In this document: one piece after another, positions 1 through 10,800 of the stretch
How positions within the stretch are numbered: position 1 is the first letter of the stretch
How the letters are laid out: every line of letters starts with the position of its first letter
NCBI GenBank assembly: GCA_963716255.1
Contig: OY970303.1
Coordinates: forward strand, 8,192,001 to 8,256,000
DNA: 64,000 bases
Direction of reading: 5' to 3'
DNA from: an uncultured Gemmatimonadales bacterium
GTDB taxonomy: Bacteria; Gemmatimonadota; Gemmatimonadetes; Longimicrobiales; Longimicrobiaceae
The notes under the pieces: generated by a model
Databases searched by the model: none
What the model was told of the DNA's origin: nothing
The model's input: only the letters and a program-made list of their open reading frames with translations
Translations under genes and position numbers: made by a program

Positions 1-1
1 C

Positions 2-454
2 ACCGGCTGGCAGCTGCGCGAGTACCTGGAGAAGAGCGCCGAGTACTACCTCCCCTGCCCCGGAGGCCGCTGCGAGCGGCTCACCAGCCCCGACGTGCCC
101 GGCTACAACTTCGACGTGGTGAGCGGCGTGGACTACGCGCTGGACCTGTCGAAGCCCGTGGGGCAGCGCGTGGTGCGCCTGGAGCGCGCCGGCCGCGCCG
201 TGCGGCCCACGGACAGCTTCACCCTCGCCCTCAACAGCTACCGCGCGAGCGGCAGCGGCGGCTTTTCCATGCTGATCGGCGCGCCGGTGGTGTACGACCG
301 GGGCGAGGGGATCCGCGAGCTGCTGGTCCAGGAGATCCGCCGCCGCGGCAGCATCGCCCCGCGCGACGTCTTCCGAAAGAACTGGGAGATCCTCCCCGCC
401 TCGCTCGCCGCGAAAGCGGCGGCGGAGCAGCGTCAGCCGGGAAGCCGGCAGTAG
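2..454 (+). CDS. C-terminal part of 5'-nucleotidase / 2',3'-cyclic phosphodiesterase family protein (5'-truncated by window)
   Basis: YNFDVVSGVDYALDLSKPVGQRV...LALNSYRASGSGGF is typical of the 5_nucleotid_C domain; frame open from window start. Confidence 0.8.
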   Translation, partial: TGWQLREYLEKSAEYYLPCPGGRCERLTSPDVPGYNFDVVSGVDYALDLSKPVGQRVVRLERAGRAVRPTDSFTLALNSYRASGSGGFSMLIGAPVVYDRGEGIRELLVQEIRRRGSIAPRDVFRKNWEILPASLAAKAAAEQRQPGSRQ

Positions 455-580
455 CAACGGCAGTACGGCGGCCCTCACCCGGCTCGCTTGAGGCTCGCCA
501 CCCTTTCCCTTCATCCGGTTCACGCGAAGCGTGAAGCGCCATTCTGGGAGAGGGGACAACGGCTGGACTCCGTGCCGTGC

Positions 581-622
581 TCCCCCTCTCCCGCTTGCGG
601 GGGAGGGGGTCGGGGGGAGGGG
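581..622. repeat. CCCTCTCCC...GGGGAGGG palindromic repeat (family C)
   Basis: Near-identical inverted copy at about 15969-16012; related element at about 31985-32035; each lies next to a family A repeat. Confidence 0.6.
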
Positions 623-662
623 GTCTGCCGTTCGCGGTTCCGCTGTACCCCGAAATCAGTTG

Positions 663-791
663 CGGAGGGAGACAGCCGGGCAGTTTCGGCTGGCTCCCTC
701 CGGCGCAGGGAAACCCGCCGGCCGTTTGGCGGGGTTCCCGGAGCCCGCGCAGGAGACGGACGGCAGTATCGTCCGGCTCCGGAGCGGCCCC
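663..791 (+). repeat. Triple-hairpin intergenic repeat, family A copy 1
   Basis: Three GGA(G/A)AC-stem-GGCAGTTT-like loop-stem'-GG(C/T)TCC modules ending GGAGCGGCCCC. Confidence 0.85.
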
Positions 792-886
792 ACCGAAGCG
801 GAAAGCCCCCGCCCCTGACACCCTTCTTGCATCCGCGCCCACCGGACCGCACCCACCCGCAATCCTCCGCAGACACGGAGCCACGC

Positions 887-1609
887 TTGATCCCGCTTCG
901 CGACGAGAACCCCACGGAGCTCACCCCGTTCGTCACGGTGATCTTCATCGCGCTGAACGTCCTGGCCTGGGTGCTCCTCCAGGGGATGGGGAGCCCGCGC
1001 GCGCTGGAAGCCTCGGTCTACGCCTTCGGCACGGTGCCGTGCGAGCTGACCGGCGCCTGCCGGCCGCAGGGACTGGTGTGGGGCGGCGTCTTCACCAGCA
1101 TGTTCATGCACGGCGGCTGGGGCCACCTGCTGGGGAACATGCTCTTCCTGTGGGTCTTCGGGAACAACATCGAGGACTCCATGGGCCATCTGCGCTTCAT
1201 CGTCTTCTACCTGGTGTGCGGCGTCGCGGCGGGGCTGGCACACGTGTTCCTGAGCCCGGCGAGCGCGATCCCCGCGGTGGGGGCCAGCGGCGCCATCAGC
1301 GGGGTGATGGGGGCGTACATCGTCCTGTACCCGCGGGTCAAGGTTCGCACCTGGGTGCCGCCGTTCTTTCTGCTGGACCTCAACGCCTTCTTCCTGCTGG
1401 CGTACTGGTTCTTCATCCAGCTGGCGACGGGGGTGCTCACCCACGGCCCGGAGGCGGGGGAGCAGGGCGGCGTGGCCGTGTGGGCGCACGTGGGCGGGTT
1501 CGTGGCCGGCGCGGTGCTCGTCCGCGTCTTCGAGAAGCGCCGGCTGGTGGACGCCAAGCGGCGCGGCGTGCACCTGTCGCGCGACGAGGTAGCGCGACTG
1601 GAGTGGTGA
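887..1609 (+). CDS. Rhomboid family intramembrane serine protease
   Basis: IPLRDENP start, HGGWGHLLGNM, GASGAISG (catalytic Ser), AHVGGF (catalytic His); TTG start inferred. Confidence 0.92.
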   Translation: MIPLRDENPTELTPFVTVIFIALNVLAWVLLQGMGSPRALEASVYAFGTVPCELTGACRPQGLVWGGVFTSMFMHGGWGHLLGNMLFLWVFGNNIEDSMGHLRFIVFYLVCGVAAGLAHVFLSPASAIPAVGASGAISGVMGAYIVLYPRVKVRTWVPPFFLLDLNAFFLLAYWFFIQLATGVLTHGPEAGEQGGVAVWAHVGGFVAGAVLVRVFEKRRLVDAKRRGVHLSRDEVARLEW

Positions 1610-1702
1610 GCGTAGAATTCACGTCTTCCGCCCGTTCGCTGCCCGTTCCCGGCGCACCCCGCCCCGCGCCGGCTTCCGCTCACCGTTCAACGGCTCGCCC
1701 CG

Positions 1703-3313
1703 ATGCCCGCCAGCAAGAATAGGAAAAAAGTGTTCAGGTGGCTGGTGCCGCTGTGGATCACGGCGGCACTTCTGCTGTCCGCGGGGTGGTACGCCTCCGC
1801 GCAGACGGACACCGCCGCGGTTCCCCGCCCCGTCGACACCGCGGCCGCCCCCGCCACGCCCGCGGCCGGGGTCTCGCCGGACGCCCAGGCGCCCGGCAGC
1901 GGCATCGCCGAGACGCCCGGCACCCCCGTGGACCAGGCGCGCGGGGTCGCGCCCACCGCCGGCGAGCGGGCGGCGAGCGCGCGGGAGCAGGCCGCCGGAG
2001 GCTCGCTCGCCGAGCGCGCCGTGAGCCTCCTGGGCCTGATCGTGTTCACCCTCGCGGCCTTTCTCCTGAGCGTGAACCGCCGCGCGGTGGACTGGAAGCT
2101 GGTGGCGTGGGGGCTGGGCCTGCAGTTCATCTTCGCGCTGGTGATCCTCAAGACCCGCCCCGGGCTGGAGTTCTTCGACGCGGCGAACGACGCCTTCAAC
2201 GCCCTCATCGGCTATACGGTGGAGGGCGCAAAGTTCCTGTTCGGCAACCTGGTCTACAACAACATCCCGGTGGGTCCGGGGGGAACCGGTTTCCCGCCCA
2301 TGGACCCGGTGGGGCAGACCTCCGGGTGGGCCAACGCGGGGGCGTTCTTCGCCTTCAACGTGCTCCCCACCATCATCTTCTTTTCCAGCCTGATGACGCT
2401 GCTGTACCACCTGGGGGTGATGCAGTGGATCGTGAAGGGGTTCGGCTGGGTGATGATGCGCACCATGAAGATCTCCGGCGCGGAAAGCCTGAGCACCGCC
2501 GGGAACATCTTCCTGGGGCAGACGGAGGCGCCGCTGCTGGTGAAGCCGTTCATCGGCACCATGACCAGGAGCGAGCTCCACTGCATCATGGTGGGCGGCT
2601 TCGGGACGGTGGCGGGCGGGGTGCTGGCGGCGTACGTCGGGATCCTGGTGGCCTACTTCCCCGACATCGCCGGCCACCTGATCGCCGCCTCGGTGATGTC
2701 GGCGCCGGCGTGCATCGCCATCTCCAAGATCATGTACCCGGAGACGGAGGAGCCCGTCACCCGCGGGACCATGAAGATCGAGCTGGAAAAGGTGGACGCC
2801 AACGTGATCGACGCGGCGGCGCGCGGGGCGAGCGAGGGGATGACGCTGGCGCTCAACGTGGCGGCGATGCTGCTCGCCTTCATCGCGCTGCTGGCGCTCG
2901 CCAACGGGCTCATCGGGTGGGTGGCGGGGTGGTTCGGAGCCGAGCTGAGCATCCAGATGGTCCTGGGCTGGCTGGGGGCGCCGCTGGCGTGGCTGATGGG
3001 GACGCCGTGGAAGGACGCGCTGGCGGTGGGAACGCTGATCGGCGAGAAAACTGCGCTCAACGAGTTCGTGGCGTACCTGCACCTGGGGAGCATGCTCCAG
3101 GAGGGCGCGAACCTGTCTCCGCGCTCCGTGGTGATCGCCACCTACGCGCTCTGCGGCTTCGCCAACTTCAGCAGCATCGCCATCCAGATCGGCGGCATCG
3201 GCGGCATGGCCCCGGAGCGCCGCGGCGACCTCAGCCGCCTGGGGCTGCGCGCCATGATCGCGGGAACGCTGGCCAACTTCATGACCGCGTGCGTCGTGGG
3301 GATCCTGCTCTGA
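1703..3313 (+). CDS. nupC: NupC/CNT family Na+/H+:nucleoside symporter with N-terminal extension
   Basis: FAFNVLPTIIFFSSL, NIFLGQTEAPL, NEFVAY, YALCGFANFSSIAIQIGG motifs. Confidence 0.93.
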   Translation: MPASKNRKKVFRWLVPLWITAALLLSAGWYASAQTDTAAVPRPVDTAAAPATPAAGVSPDAQAPGSGIAETPGTPVDQARGVAPTAGERAASAREQAAGGSLAERAVSLLGLIVFTLAAFLLSVNRRAVDWKLVAWGLGLQFIFALVILKTRPGLEFFDAANDAFNALIGYTVEGAKFLFGNLVYNNIPVGPGGTGFPPMDPVGQTSGWANAGAFFAFNVLPTIIFFSSLMTLLYHLGVMQWIVKGFGWVMMRTMKISGAESLSTAGNIFLGQTEAPLLVKPFIGTMTRSELHCIMVGGFGTVAGGVLAAYVGILVAYFPDIAGHLIAASVMSAPACIAISKIMYPETEEPVTRGTMKIELEKVDANVIDAAARGASEGMTLALNVAAMLLAFIALLALANGLIGWVAGWFGAELSIQMVLGWLGAPLAWLMGTPWKDALAVGTLIGEKTALNEFVAYLHLGSMLQEGANLSPRSVVIATYALCGFANFSSIAIQIGGIGGMAPERRGDLSRLGLRAMIAGTLANFMTACVVGILL

Positions 3314-3347
3314 CCGTCTTTTTTACGGCTTTGAACTGCTCTGGACG

Positions 3348-3490
3348 GCGGGTTCGGGCGTGCCCCCGGCGGGCGCCGGGGTCGGGCTTCGGCTCCGTAA
3401 GCGAGCAAACAACGCTCGCTAACGGAGTCGAGCCCCGGCGGAAACAACCCCGCCGGGTCTCGCCCCTTCGGGCCGAAATCCCTCACGCGG
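3348..3490 (-). repeat. Multi-hairpin intergenic repeat, family B copy 1
   Basis: Reverse complement of the elements at 7591-7729 and 34460-34596. Confidence 0.85.
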
Positions 3491-3531
3491 GCCGCGGTGG
3501 GGGTTCCAGCCTCCGGCTCGCGCGTGCCGCG

Positions 3532-4086
3532 GTGCTCCTGCTGGGGCTCGGGCTGGCGGCGGGGGCCGTGGGGTGCGGGCCGTCGCGGCCGCGGGTGGAC
3601 ATCCGGACGGAGCTGGGCACCATCCGCATCGAGGTGGACTCCGCCCGGGCGCCAGCCACCGCGGCCAACTTCCTGCGCTACGTGCGCGAGGGGCGGTACG
3701 CGAGCGCGTCCTTTTACCGCGTGCGGCTCGATCCCCCGGAGCTGATGCGGCCGCCCACGGGGATCCTGCAGGGCGGCCTCTGGTACGGCGACTCCACCCG
3801 GATCCTCCCACCGGTCCCCTTCGAGAGCACGCAGCGCACCGGGCTGCGGCACACCGACGGCACGGTGTCCATGGCCCGCTTCGCCGAGGGGGACGCCCGC
3901 GCGGAGTTCTTCATCGTCCTGGGCGACCAGCCGCACCTGGACTTCCGCGGGCCGGGGAAGGCGGGGTACGCGGCGTTCGGGCGGGTGGTGGAGGGGATGG
4001 ACGTGGTGCGCGCCATCCAGGGCCGGCCCGCGCGCGGAGAGCGGCTCACGGTCCGGGTCCCGTTCCGCGCGGAGATGGCCCGGTAG
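3532..4086 (+). CDS. Cyclophilin-type peptidyl-prolyl isomerase, probable lipoprotein
   Basis: APATAANFLRYV, HTDGTVSMAR, EFFI, GYAAFGRVVEGMDVV; hydrophobic leader with AVGC; start uncertain. Confidence 0.85.
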   Translation: MLLLGLGLAAGAVGCGPSRPRVDIRTELGTIRIEVDSARAPATAANFLRYVREGRYASASFYRVRLDPPELMRPPTGILQGGLWYGDSTRILPPVPFESTQRTGLRHTDGTVSMARFAEGDARAEFFIVLGDQPHLDFRGPGKAGYAAFGRVVEGMDVVRAIQGRPARGERLTVRVPFRAEMAR

Positions 4087-4267
4087 GCCACCGCCTGGCG
4101 GGTGGGGAGCGGCGCCTGCTGGCGGAGCGCGGCGGGGGAGCGTATCATTCTCCACCGGAGCGGTGAAATGGACGGCCTCCGCGACAGGCGGACGCACCGG
4201 TGGTGCGTCCGCCTGCGTTTTTTCCGGGATCCGGGGGCCGCGATACGAACAGCACAGGACGGTGGAC

Positions 4268-5323
4268 ATGGCGATCGAAGTCACGCGGGAGCTGCTGCAC
4301 CGCCTTCCCAAGGCCGAGCTGCACGTGCACCTGGACGGCTCCCTGCGGCCGGAGACGATGCTGGAGCTGGCCGCGGAGTACGGCAAGAAGATGCCGGCGC
4401 ACGACCCCGACCACCTGCGCGACTACATGCACGTGCAGGACGCGCGCAACCTGGTGGAGTACCTGGAGCGCTTCGCGATCACCCTTTCCGTGATGCAGAC
4501 GGCGGACGCGCTGGAGCGAATCGCCTACGAGCTGGCCGAGGACCTGGCGCGCGAGAACGTGCGCTACGCGGAGATCCGCTATTCCCCCATCCTCAACGCG
4601 CAGGAAGGCCTTCCCCTCACCGAGGCGGTGGACGCGCCGCTGCGCGGGCTCAAGCAGGCGGAGGAGGAGTTCGGGATCCGCACGGCCATCATCATCTGCG
4701 GGATCCGCAACATGGAGCCGGCGACCTCGCGCGACCTGGCGGACCTGACGGTGGCGTACAAGGACCGCGGGGTGGTGGCCTTCGACCTGGCGGGCGCCGA
4801 GTACAACTACCCGGCCAAGAAGCACAAGGACGCCTTCTACACCGTCATCAACAAGAACATGGCGGCCACCATCCACGCCGGCGAGGCGTACGGCGCCGAG
4901 TCCATCCACCAGGCGCTCCACTACTGCAAGGCCAACCGCATCGGCCACGGGACGCGCCTCTTCGAGGACCCGGACCTGATGCGCTACGTCAACGACTTCC
5001 GCGTGCCCATCGAGATCTGCCTCACCTCCAACGTGCAGACGCGGGCGGTGGAGTCGTTCGAGAAGCACCCGCTGCGCCAGTATTACGACGAAGGCCTGAT
5101 CCTCAGCCTGAACACCGACAACCGGCTGATGTCCGCCACCACCGTCACCGAGGAGTACTGGCGTGCCCACCGGTACCTGGGGTTCACCTGGGACGAGCTG
5201 GTGGACCTTTCGCTGATGGGCTTCGACAGCGCGTTCATGCACCGGACGGAGAAGCTGGCGATGCTGGCGAAGGTCCGTGAGGAGATCGCGGAGCTGGAGG
5301 CAGCGGAGGCCGTGGCGGTCTGA
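4268..5323 (+). CDS. add: Adenosine deaminase
   Basis: LPKAELHVHLDGS, TIHAGE, RIGHG, EICLTSN, NTDN. Confidence 0.95.
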   Translation: MAIEVTRELLHRLPKAELHVHLDGSLRPETMLELAAEYGKKMPAHDPDHLRDYMHVQDARNLVEYLERFAITLSVMQTADALERIAYELAEDLARENVRYAEIRYSPILNAQEGLPLTEAVDAPLRGLKQAEEEFGIRTAIIICGIRNMEPATSRDLADLTVAYKDRGVVAFDLAGAEYNYPAKKHKDAFYTVINKNMAATIHAGEAYGAESIHQALHYCKANRIGHGTRLFEDPDLMRYVNDFRVPIEICLTSNVQTRAVESFEKHPLRQYYDEGLILSLNTDNRLMSATTVTEEYWRAHRYLGFTWDELVDLSLMGFDSAFMHRTEKLAMLAKVREEIAELEAAEAVAV

Positions 5324-5349
5324 CCCCGGACGCGCCGAAGATGGAGAAT

Positions 5350-5377
5350 GGGCCGGCTCCCGCGCGGGAGCCGGCCC
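5350..5377. terminator. GC-rich hairpin between convergent genes
   Basis: GGGCCGGCTCCC-GCGC-GGGAGCCGGCCC perfect 12-bp stem after add stop. Confidence 0.6.
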
Positions 5378-5475
5378 CTTGCCGTTCGTCAGTCTTCGCC
5401 GCGGGGCCGGAACATGCCCCGCGGCCGGGGGCACGCCCGAACCCGCGGTTCAGTGCCGCTCCGACCAGCCCACCC

Positions 5476-6645
5476 TCAGCAGACCGCGTCCTCGGCAAGG
5501 ACCGAAGCCGCGTATACGCTCGTGCCGTTCGGGAATTCCGCTACCACTAGGTAGGAGTAGGTGCTGGAGTCGTCGTACGACCAGGTGTAGGTCCACATGC
5601 AGGAAGAGGTGCCGGTCCAGGCGTTCCCCGTATTGTAGAAGGTGCCGGAGACCGACCCCGACCAGGTTTCGGTCACCGTAGTCTGGAAATCGTTGCTTAT
5701 CCAGTCGTTCACCATTCGCTCCTCCACCCGGCGGACCAGATAGGAGGCGGCTCCGACCACCGGGTTCCAGCTCAGGACCACGGTCCCGCTCGGGTGGCTG
5801 ACGGCCAGCCCCGTAGGTACCGGCAGCGGGTAGAGCGTGCGGGTCGCCAGCTGGTCGGCGGCGCTGAAGCCAGCCCAGGAGTTTAGCGCCGTTCCGCCGT
5901 TCATCACGGACCCTGCGTCGCTTCCGGTCGGCGTGCCCCAGACGTGAAGGGCTCCTTCGCTTCCAGCCAGCTCGCCGCGCGCCTGCCAGTTGGTGTGGCG
6001 AAGGCCTAACGTGTGCCCGATCTCGTGCACCATGTTGTGCAGGCGCTGCTGGTCGTTCTGCCCGAAGTCGACGCAGCCGACCGGATTGACGGTGATGGTG
6101 GCGCCAGGGTTGCCACCTGACGGCCAAGATGCCGCGGCAGCGACATTCCTCAAAACGTTGCCCTGTGGATCTCTGATACAAGCAAGCGAAAAGGTGACGT
6201 CGGCCGGGCTACCCGGGGCAGCCTCCACGATACGCACGTAGCTCCCCCAAATGCCGCTCCACAGCGGCAAAGCAGCGCGCGCCGCATTCTCCCAGCCCGG
6301 CTCGGCGGCGAGCCCCGCCAGGTTCACGGTGATCTGGTTGACCTTGGGCGAGCCGACCAGGTTGCTGGTCCGGTACTGAAAGCGCGGCCCCATCGGGTCG
6401 TTCGTGCGGCGCGGAGCCGCACTTCGTAGCTGCGTCTTGGTGATCATGATGTCGCCTTCGACGAGCACGTAGTCGCCGAAGTCCTGGACCCTCTCACTCC
6501 GGAAGCCCATGGCCTCCACCTGCCGGGCCAGATCATCGACCTGATCCATGGGTTCGAGGATGGAAGTGCTGCGGGTCGCGTCGCAGGCGCCGAGCGCCAG
6601 CAGGGCGAACACGCCGATTCCTCTGAGGACGGAAGTGCGCTGCAT
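5476..6645 (-). CDS. M57-like (HEIGH) zinc metallopeptidase lipoprotein with C-terminal FN3-like region
   Basis: Lipobox LGAC, VEGDI, QYRTSNLV, HEIGHTLGLRHTNW, SVMN Met-turn. Confidence 0.85.
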   Translation of the reverse strand: MQRTSVLRGIGVFALLALGACDATRSTSILEPMDQVDDLARQVEAMGFRSERVQDFGDYVLVEGDIMITKTQLRSAAPRRTNDPMGPRFQYRTSNLVGSPKVNQITVNLAGLAAEPGWENAARAALPLWSGIWGSYVRIVEAAPGSPADVTFSLACIRDPQGNVLRNVAAAASWPSGGNPGATITVNPVGCVDFGQNDQQRLHNMVHEIGHTLGLRHTNWQARGELAGSEGALHVWGTPTGSDAGSVMNGGTALNSWAGFSAADQLATRTLYPLPVPTGLAVSHPSGTVVLSWNPVVGAASYLVRRVEERMVNDWISNDFQTTVTETWSGSVSGTFYNTGNAWTGTSSCMWTYTWSYDDSSTYSYLVVAEFPNGTSVYAASVLAEDAVC

Positions 6646-6833
6646 GGTGGAATCTCCTGCTGTGCTGGGGTACCGACCTGCCGCTGCGGCTGGGCGTGAC
6701 CGCATCGGCAAAAGCGAATCGTGGGGGCAGGAGCAAATAAGCGACATTTTTATGTGTCGTCAAGTATACTGTTATATTTCCGCCCCGCCGGATCGGCTAT
6801 CCCGGGCCCGAGGCTTCTCGCCGGCCAGACGGG

Positions 6834-7466
6834 CTACGGCAGCGCGCCGCTGCCGCCCAGGCGCTCGCGGACGCGCGCGGCGATCACCTCGATCCCCGGG
6901 GTATTGTTGCCGCCGCGGGGGATGATGACGTCGGCGTAGCGCTTGGACGGCTCCACGAACTCGAAGTGCATGGGCCGCACCGTCCCAAGGTACTGCTCGA
7001 CCACCGATTCCACCGTGCGCCCGCGCATTTCCAGGTCGCGCCGCATGCGCCGGATGAAGCGCACGTCCGCCTCCGTGTCCACGAAGATCTTGAGGTCGAA
7101 CAATTCCCGCAGCCGCGGGTCGCCGAAGATGAGGATCCCCTCCACCAGGATCACATCGCGCGGTTCGATGCGCACCGTGGTGCCGGCGCGGGTGTGGGCC
7201 GCGAAGTCGTACACCGGCTTGTCGATGGGCTCGCGCGCGATGAGCCGCTCCAGGTGCGCGACCAGCAGGTCGTTGTCGAGCGAATCCGGGTGGTCGAAGT
7301 TGACGCGCCGCCGCTCCTCCATGGGAAGGTGGTCCAGCTCGCGGTAGTACGAGTCGTGGTCCAGGAAGACGGCGGAGTCCAGGTGCAGCGAGTCGTAGAT
7401 CCGCCGCGCGACGGTGGTCTTTCCCGACCCGGTTCCCCCCGCGATCCCGATGACGAATGGCTTCAT
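6834..7466 (-). CDS. udk: Uridine kinase
   Basis: IGIAGGTGSGKTT, NFDHPDS, VILVEGIL, FVEPSKRYADVIIP. Confidence 0.95.
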   Translation of the reverse strand: MKPFVIGIAGGTGSGKTTVARRIYDSLHLDSAVFLDHDSYYRELDHLPMEERRRVNFDHPDSLDNDLLVAHLERLIAREPIDKPVYDFAAHTRAGTTVRIEPRDVILVEGILIFGDPRLRELFDLKIFVDTEADVRFIRRMRRDLEMRGRTVESVVEQYLGTVRPMHFEFVEPSKRYADVIIPRGGNNTPGIEVIAARVRERLGGSGALP

Positions 7467-7590
7467 GACGATGCGTTGCGGTACGATTGCCGGCCCGGAG
7501 AGGGCGCGCCGGCGCGGGCGTAGATGTACCCGGCCGCCCCGCCGGACGCAAGTCGGATGCGAGAAGTAGAGGGCCGTCCGCCTCCACACC

Positions 7591-7729
7591 CCGCGTGAGG
7601 GATTACGGCCCGAAGGGGCGAGACCCGGCGGCAGTTTGCCGGGGCTCGACTCCGTTGCAGACGGTTGTTTCGTTTGCTACGGAGCCGAAGCCCGACCCCG
7701 GCGCCAGCCGGGGGCACGCCCAAACCCGC
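7591..7729 (+). repeat. Family B repeat copy 2
   Basis: GCGTGAGGGATTACGGCCCGAAGGGGCGAGAC...GGGGGCACGCCC shared with 34460 copy. Confidence 0.85.
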
Positions 7730-7757
7730 TGTTCGCCGTCCTGGCCGTAAAAGCGAA

Positions 7758-7785
7758 AGCGGGGCGACCCGAAGGCCGCCCCGCT
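7758..7785 (-). terminator. Probable intrinsic terminator of the TonB-dependent receptor gene
   Basis: AGCGGGGCGACC-CGAA-GGCCGCCCCGCT hairpin followed by a T-rich tract on the minus strand. Confidence 0.65.
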
Positions 7786-7819
7786 CGGTCCTACCCTGCC
7801 CTTCTACTTTCCGAAACCG

Positions 7820-10800
7820 CTAGAAGGTGTAGCGCAGCCCCAGCTGGATCTGGTAGCGCGAATCCAGGTTGGAGATGGTGAACGGGTCCGCCGGCGTGGT
7901 GAACGCGCCGTAGGTGCGGTGCCCGTTGACCACCGCGGTCCCGCTCGGCGTCAGCAGGTTGAACGCCTGGTTGTTCTGGAACTCGCTGCGGCCCCACTCG
8001 CGGTTGAGCAGGTTGCCGAAGTTGAGGATGTCCACCGTGATCTGCGCGTTCTGGCCGCGGAGCGCCGAGATGTTCTGCGCCAGGCGGAAGTCGAAGCGGT
8101 TGGACCACGGCTCGCGGCAGGAGTTCCGCTGGATGACGCGGCCGCGCGCCTCGCGCAGGCACTCCGTGTCCTCGATGAAGGCGTCCAGGCTGTTCCACGA
8201 CTGGAGCGGCGTGACCGTGGCGCTCGAAGCGAAGTTGATCTCGGCCTGGCTCGCCGGCACGTACACCAGGTCGTTGCCCGTGGAGCCGTCGCCGTTGATG
8301 TCGCCGTTGTAGCGGAACGAGTACGGCTTGCCCGACTGGCCCACGTACACCAGCGACAGGTCCGTGGAAAGACGGCCCAGCAGGTTCAGCCGGTACGACG
8401 TCGTCCCCACGATGCGGTGCGGCACGTCGTTGTCCGAGAGCGTCAGCTCCGGGTTGTTGGGGTCGTCGCGGTGCAGGTTGAACGACCAGTTGGAGTTGGC
8501 CGTGCTGTTGTTGAGCGGCCCCTTGTCCTCGGCGCGCGAGTACGTGTACGCCAGGGAGAAGTCCCAGTTGTTGCGGAACGGACGCTGGACCTGCCCGGTG
8601 AGGCTGTAGGTGGAGCCCTCGTCCGTGTTGGTCACGTCGATGGCCTGCCCGAGCCCCGGCGTGGTCCGGTTGCGGTACAGCGTGCGGCCCTCGACCTGCG
8701 CGGCGCCCGGCACCGCCTCGATGCGCAGGTTCTTGTACAGCAGGTCGTTGACGGTCTTGGTATAGAGACCCTCGAGGGTGCCCACCAGGCCCATGGGAAG
8801 CTGGCGGTCGATGGCCAGCGAGTAGCGGGCCACCTGCGGCAGCTCCAGCTCGGGATCGACCAGGTTGATGTTGTTCGGCGCCGCCGTCGTGGTCCCCGTG
8901 CAGTTGCGCGGCTGATTGTCCGGGTCAGCCACGAAGGTCGGCACGCCCTGCGCCGCCTGGCAGGTGAAGGTGACGTACTCCAGGCCGGTGTTGCCGTACG
9001 CGTTGCTGATCCACACGAACGGCGCGCGCCCGCTGAACATCCCCACGCCGCCGCGGATCTGCGTGGCCGCGTCGCCCGTCACGTCCCAGTTGAAGCCGAG
9101 GCGCGGGTTCCACAGCCCGTTGGAGGCGGGCACCTCGCTGGTGTGCCGCCCGTAGGTGCTGAACACCAGCGGGTTCTCGACCGGGTCCTCCGGGAAGGTC
9201 GGCAGCTCGTAGCGCAGGCCGAAGGTCACCTGCAGGTTGTCGCGCACGTCCCAGCGGTCCTGGGCGTACAGCGAGTAGCGCCGGTAGCTGAACTCGGCGC
9301 GCGGCTTGCCCGGCTGGTTGCCCGGGGTGGTGGGGTCCACGTCCGGCACCAGGTAGCGGAAGTCGTACTGCAGCGGCCGGCCCGCCACGAAGTCCGCGTA
9401 GCTGGCGAAGCGGTAGTTGCCGTACAGGTTCTGCGCGAACAGGTTGCTGAACTGCGCGAACTCGTTGCTCGTCCCCACCGTGAAGGTGTGGGCGCGCCAC
9501 GGGATGGTCAGGTCGTTGGTGATCTCGAAGGCGTCCTGGTCCAGCTCGTTGGCCACCGAGCTGTTTTCCGTGCCGCCGACGACCGAGCGCGTGCCGTAGT
9601 CCACCCGGACGAAGGGGAACCGGTCGCCGGGGGTGGAGCGCTGGTCGCGCACCCGGTTGTAGCCCAGGCGCAGCTCGTTGAAGATGCCGCTGCCGAAGCC
9701 CGAGTTCAGCTGCAGGACACTGCTGTTGGTGGTGTTGTCCTGCTGGTACCCGGCGTTCCCCAGGATGAACGAGCTGGCGCTGCGGCCGAAGTTCTCCCGG
9801 TACCCGTCGATGTAGTTGTGGCGCAGCGTGAGGCGGTGGTTCTGCCCCATGTTGAAGTCCAGCCGGCCGAACAGGTTGATGCTCTCGCGGCCGATGTCGC
9901 GGTCGTCGATGCCGCCCGGGTCGTAGCCCAGCGTCTGCAGGCGGTCGCTCACCTGCGTGGCCTGCGCCACCGTGATCCCCTCGTTGGGGTTGGTGCCGGC
10001 CACGTAGTTGGTGGGGTCGGTGCGGCGGCTGCTCTCGCCGGCCAGGAAAAAGAACGCCCGGTCCTTGATGATGGGGCCACCGAAGGAGCCGGCGATCTCG
10101 CGGCTCTGGAACTCCACCAGCTCGGACGACGCCGTGTCGCCGCGGGTGGTGTAGCGGCCGGCGAAGCGCTCGTCACGGCCGAAGCCGCTGAGGCTCCCCT
10201 GGAAGCGGTTGGTCCCGGAGCGGGTCACCGCGTTGATGGAGGCGCCGGTGAAGCCGTTCTGGCGCACGTCGAAGGGCGCGAGCACCACCTGGAGCTCCTG
10301 GATGGCCTCCAGGGTGATGGTCTTCGCGCCCGCCTGGCCGCCCGGCGAGCCGCTGGCCGACAGGCCGAACAGGTCGTTGCTGGCGGTGCCGTCGATCTGC
10401 AGCTGGTTGAAGCGGTTGTTCCGGCCGCCCGCGCTCACCGCGCCGGTGGTGGAGTTGGTGATCGCCATCTGCGGCACCAGGCGCGTGAAGTCCTGCAGGT
10501 CGCGCGTGATGGTGGGGGCCCGGCGGAGCGTGCTGTCGCTCAGCACCGTGGAGGCGCCCGTGCGCCCACGCGAGATCACCGCGCCTTCGTTCTCGGCGAC
10601 CACGGTGAGGCCCTCGAGCGCGAGCGCCTCCTGCGCCACCGTGAAGTCGAAGTTGGCCGTCTGGCCCAGCGACAGGACCACCTGGTTCCGTGTCTGCGCG
10701 CCGTAGCCCAGCGCTGTCACCTGGATCCGGTACGTCCCGGGCTGGAGGCCGGGCAGGAGGTACCGGCCGTCCCCGCGGGTGCCCACGCTCGACTGCGAGC

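Noticed and set aside
663..791. Family A modules as a mini-CRISPR
   Set aside because: Variable parts are 5-6-bp self-complementary stems, not unique 30-40-bp spacers
1738..4086. 782-aa ORF apparently fusing a long N-terminus to the cyclophilin
   Set aside because: Upstream part is an out-of-frame shadow of nupC plus a repeat element; only about 3532-4086 looks protein-like
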